From the human T2T-CHM13v2.0 reference genome, Homo sapiens: a stretch of DNA of 64,000 nucleotides. The stretch is taken from NCBI RefSeq assembly GCF_009914755.1, contig NC_060934.1, one strand, 5' to 3'. The notes under the pieces were generated by a model. That model saw nothing but the letters and a program-made list of their open reading frames with translations. It searched no databases and had not been told where the DNA came from. Below are positions 59,281 through 64,000 of the stretch, one piece after another (position 1 is the first letter of the stretch; each line of letters starts with the position of its first letter). A program made the position numbers and the translations under genes.

Positions 59281-61224
59281 CTAGCCCTGAGAATTTTCTC
59301 CAGATATTCTACGGTTAAGTAATTTTAGGGGACACTGTCTAAGCAGTTGCCTCTTGGAGAATGAAGATGTTCATTAGGATATTGAAGGCTCTGAGAAGTC
59401 CTAAAGTTAAAGAAAATCTGCAATGTTCTTTGTGGGACCGAATAATGCAACCTGGGAAATGAGGGATTAGATGACACTTGAGTAGCCTTCCAGATCTGAG
59501 ACGAGTCTCACTCTGTTTGTTTACTCCATCTGTGATGGGTGTAGGCACCATCTTGGGGAGCAAGCTGTGATAGAGAGGGAACAATACCTTGTTAATGTTT
59601 GTCTAATTCACTACCCAGGTGCATGGTAGTGAATTAGACACTACTTTGTAGGTTCTGGAGGGAAGAAGAAAAGACGAGACCTGCCTGGACTGGGGCTTGA
59701 GACCACTGTCAAATACAAGTACAGTTGTACAACTGGTAGGGAGTGGGTCATAGTATGGCCGGTCTTTTTAAAGGTGAGGAATTCTTAGGCCCAGAAAGGC
59801 AAAGTGACAGATCCTGGATTTAACCAGCAGCCCAGATTTGAGGCCTAGCACATAGCAAAGCACCATAGCTATTCAATAGCTGCCAAGTGGGAGTTTGGAT
59901 GATGGCTTTCCTGGACAGCGAAAGCAGTGATGTTTGCTTAGGATGGCCTTTGGCAGTGCTGCTGTTATCCTTACCACTGGCAAGCCATCTCACGGGCCCG
60001 GAGGGGAGGGCAAGGAATCCTAATTCTGTGAGAAGGCTCTGGGTACATGAGTGTGAGATATGGATACCCTAGGCTCTGCCCCTGAAGACAGTGGCATCGG
60101 ATTTACTGCACTATTCCAGTCGGACAGGCACCTTAATTTTTCTCTTTCTGGGTGTTTGATATGGTTGGGTCCTATTTCTTCTCCTCCAAACCCCGCTAGG
60201 GCCATTCCCCCACCCTTCACTTCCCGGCCTTCCACTGCAGTCTCTAAGGATTCTGCTTCATCTTTATGTGTGAACAGGGTTTTGACAAACATGATTAACT
60301 GGGTATTTTTGGAAGGCTCAGGAGGAACGCAGAGTGCTCCGGAGGGCAGGCCTGGAGTCAGGAATGCTTCCTGCAACCTGTTCGTGCAGTGAGCGTGTCT
60401 TCCTCGCCCTGCCCTTGGCTGGGGAATGTGCTGGCTTGGAGGGCAGGAGAGTGACAGGCGGTTTGAGAACTCCGGGCTCTCCCGTCTTCGGATGGCTCCT
60501 GTGAAAGCAGGGCCTGAAACTTTTATCGTCACTGCTGCAGGTGAAAGACTTTCATTTGGCTGTAGTGGTCCAACAAAGAGTATTTTATTTATGTGTTTCC
60601 AAGCCCTTAAAAATTCTTTTAGGGCACATCAGTGGGGAGTTAATAGAAACTTTGAAATAAGAAAAATGCCTGCAGGGTAAGTAGAACCCCAGCCAGCCAG
60701 CTCCGAGTTCTGTGCTGTTAGCTGGTAGGTTGGTTCTCAGAGAAGTGGCTGGCTGGCTGGGTTACGGAGCCCACATCTCTAATGCCTTAGTGTTCAATCA
60801 TTAAGTGGATTTTTTTTTTTCCCTTCTCTTCTTTTGGTTTGGAGGGAGGACTACTCTAAACTTTACTCAGGGCAGGGTAGCTCCTGAAAGGGCTCCCTAA
60901 CCTTTCTGGTTTATGACACAAAGAAAGTTTGGAGGTACTGGGATAAGAGATGGCTTGGGTGACCCCCCTATCATGCCCCCTAACACATACACAGCAAACC
61001 AAACCAACTCACCCTTGATCATACTCGTTGTTTACACGAAGGGAATTTTTATTGTCTTGTGAGTGTTGAGTGATGATTAAACAGAAGAGATGTGACTCCA
61101 AGCCTGGCTTCACTAAGATAGTCTTGTTTGTTTCTTTTCCTCCAAAGTAATTTCCTAAAGAATTAAAAGCCCCTTTGAAACCCAGCACTACCTTGTCTCT
61201 GATTATCAGCATAGGCAGGAAGGG

Positions 61225-61372
61225 CTTTTAAGGTCTGAGCCCAGCTGTTTAGAGGCTACGAGACGTGAGGCAAATCCTGGTATCTCTCTTTGGGCCTCAG
61301 TTTCTTCATCTGTGAAATGGCACAGTACTACCCTCCACCAAGGATGATGATGAGAATTAAATGGGATGACAG
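61225..61372 (+). mobile_element. MIR
   Basis: gggcctcagtttcttcatctgtgaaatgg...gagaattaaatggga. Confidence 0.7.
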
Positions 61373-61619
61373 GTTTCATCCCCAGCTCCTGTTCTTAGGA
61401 AGGAAAAACTGTGACTTATGAAGCCTGTAGGTTGTGTTCAGGTTTGTATGAGGCCTCGGACTTCATACAAAGGTATCAAAGTGGCAAACCCTGATCCAGA
61501 TGTTTTCAGTTCAGTCAGCTGGTCCTTGAGCCTGTTGTGTGCCAGATATCCTGACCAAAGAAGCTAGATGGGAGCTGCTGTGTTGTTCCTTGGGGCTGCT
61601 GGATGCAAGTTGTTTAGGT

Positions 61620-61832
61620 CGGCGGTTTTCAAATGCTGGTGATTTTGCTCACCAGAGGACATTTGGCAATGTCTAGAGACATTTAGCATGGCCAGTCATT
61701 GGGAGGTACTCCTGGCATCTCGTGGGCAGAGGCTAAGGATGCTATTGAACATCCTGCAATGCCCAGGACAGCCCCCTGTGACAGGAGTCATCCAGCCCAA
61801 CATGTCACTAGTGCTGCAGTGGAGAAGCCCTG
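61620..61832. mobile_element. MER20 (opposite orientation to the copy at 34.7-35.2 kb)
   Basis: gtgattttgctc...ggacatttggcaatgtctagagacattt...ctggcatct.gtgggcagaggc.aaggatgct...catcctgcaatgc.caggacagcccc...ggagaagccctg. Confidence 0.85.
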
Positions 61833-63966
61833 GCTGTGTGTGGGGGTGTGTGTGTGTCCTCTTCTACATTTGATAAGGTAACTCACACTTGCTGCCCCCA
61901 TGATCGCTGTGGGGGATGCTTATCTATGCCCCAGTCCTGGTGTTGGTTGATGGGAACATCAAGATTCAGGCAAGATGGAAAATAGCCCTTAGAACTAGCA
62001 GGAAAAGAATCTCCTTTCATTTGTCTAGAGGTTCTGTTAAAGTGCCTTTGCTTCTATTTTGAGACTTGTTCTTAAAAAAAATGCGGATATGAAAGAAAAT
62101 AAAAACCACATTATCCCTCCACTTTTTCTTGGAGGAGGATGTGTTGAAGAAGTCAAAGTTCACCATCCCTTTAGATAGAATCATTTTGAACAATTTCATA
62201 TGTCAATACATTTTGCTCATCTCTAAATTTCATTTTAGAGCCTGTGGTGTTCTGTGCATGGATATGTGTGCGTGTATGCACACAAAAATAAAAGGAAATA
62301 TTTATTCTTATGAATAAGTATAGAAATAAATTAATTTTTGGAATCTCAAACTATCAGAGACTTATGTAATAACCAGAGGCAGGCCTGATTATGTATGGGC
62401 AAAGCATTTGTGAACAATGTCTCCATTGTATAACATACAAAACAAGCTTTTCTTCCACATTGGATATGCAAGTCGGCCTTCTCCAATAAGGGCCTGTCTC
62501 TTTCCAACTCCCCCCACCTCCCACCTTTGAGCAAACATTATTTATTGTGGCTGATGTGTGATCAGGTCTTGATTTGGGGCCTCTTTTTGATGCCTTCTCT
62601 TTGTGGGATCTCACCCACGTGCCCCTGGAGACCCTTTGGCTGCCAGGGCCTTTGTTTCCCAGCCACCCATGTGGTGCCAGTAGTGTCTGCTTTGTAGCGA
62701 GCTGTCCCCAGAGCCTCAGCATGGCTTGGGGATGGTCTCTGAGGTTGGGCTTGGATCCCTCCCACTTTTGGGCTCAGAAAGAATGACTGCCCTCTATTTC
62801 CCTGTCCCTGCCCTCTCTTATCCTGTTTCCCAGCCCGCATCATGTTATCTTTGCTTCTTGTAACTTACCAAACGATTTATGGGCAAGTAGGGGAGGTGAA
62901 GAGGGAACTCATCTATCAAGATAACCTACTTTGTGCCAACCACTGAGCATAGCAATTGTCCCTTCTCCAGCCCTCTGAGGACCGTGGATGGGATTCTCAT
63001 GAAATGAAACAGGTGAGGAACTTTTCTTTTAGGGAACTTGCTTGAGGTCCCACAGGCAGCGAGTATCAATCAACGTCAGGATCTGAGCCCTGTTCTGTTC
63101 GGCTGAAAATATACTCCCTGAGATGGTGTAGGCCACCATGGCTTTCAGCAGGCTCTGTGCTTGGTGGAAGGAAGCTGGAAGCTGTGTACACACCCACGGG
63201 GAACAGGGACCATAGAGGAGCACCTTTTGAGTGCAGAACCTGGCGAAACATACACCTTTAGAGGGATTTTAGGTACCCTTGAGGCTGGGAGAATCAAGCA
63301 GAGCTAAGTTTCCCATTGGGGTGTCACAGACTGAAGAAACAGAGCCCTAGGTAGCACAGGGAAGTTGATTGCCCAGTATCAGTTAGTTTGGCTTTAATGA
63401 CTGAGAAGAGATTCCACCAGTTCATTGAAGAGAGGGCGGACTTTTTATTGGAGGAAAGAAGAGTGCCTGTAAGTAGAGAAGTCTCCGGGGTGTAGTGCTG
63501 TTTGGGGCAGGAAGAACAGTGTGAGCCACTGTGGAGAGAAAGCCCAAAGAGTCTTGGCAGGGCAGGGAGTAGGATGGATTTGAAGCCAGAGGAAGTATGG
63601 GGTCTCTGTAGACTCCAGGCAAGCCATGTTAATATTTTAGGAAGCCGTGATGGAGCTGCAGATGGGTGTGGAAGTTAAAGTTTAACTGTTCATTCACCAG
63701 TCCTTCCCCTGGAGAATGTGCAGCACGTGGACAGTGGAACTTTAAGGTCCTTGGCTTGTATTTCACACCCAAGAGATGAATAGGTCCAGGTATGTCATAG
63801 ACCAGACTAATGAAATAACAAATTTCTTTTCAAAAATTTTACTTTTTGTAGGAAAGCTTCTCTGTCTGGCATTTTTCTTCTCCCAGTTGTGACTCAATCT
63901 TAAACGTCTTCAGACAATTAGCATAAAATTTCCCACAGTGAATTGACGTATACTTTTGAGGGTTCC

Positions 63967-64000
63967 ATTTCTTTTTTATTTTTTTTTTCTTTTGAGATGG
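63967..64000 (-). mobile_element. Tail of an antisense Alu cut by the window edge
   Basis: Poly-T followed by gagatgg. Confidence 0.7.

Overview
Human (primate) genomic DNA holding the 5' end of TCF7L2 (TCF-4, the Wnt/beta-catenin HMG-box effector; chr10q25) on the + strand. The window has about 9.5 kb of repeat-rich upstream DNA, the CpG-island promoter, a ~510-nt uAUG-free 5'UTR and coding exons 1-3 (10048-10236, 10498-10564, 10774-10898). The 69-nt cassette exon 4 (also called 3a; 23844-23912) follows, then about 40 kb of the next very large intron. That intron carries a processed RPS15A pseudogene and the type 2 diabetes LD block, with rs7903146 at 57890 (non-risk C allele). The rest is Alu, MIR, L1, L2, MaLR and DNA-transposon fossils and microsatellites, which explain nearly all ORFs in the track. 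I see no new gene or multi-gene system. The best leads are regulatory hypotheses: (i) an interrupted (GAT)8/(GGT)6-5-4-5-6/G9 repeat ~90 nt downstream of cassette exon 4 that looks like a length-tunable ESRP/G4 splicing enhancer; (ii) a Kozak-context in-frame ATG at the end of intron 2 that would give a TCF7L2 lacking the beta-catenin-binding domain; (iii) bipartite TCF HMG + helper sites suggesting autoregulation; (iv) a sense-oriented, expanded AATAAA cluster donated by the pseudogene; and (v) a run of CpG-SNPs on the diabetes haplotype. SNP identities, repeat subfamilies and literature links come from recall and were not checked against databases.
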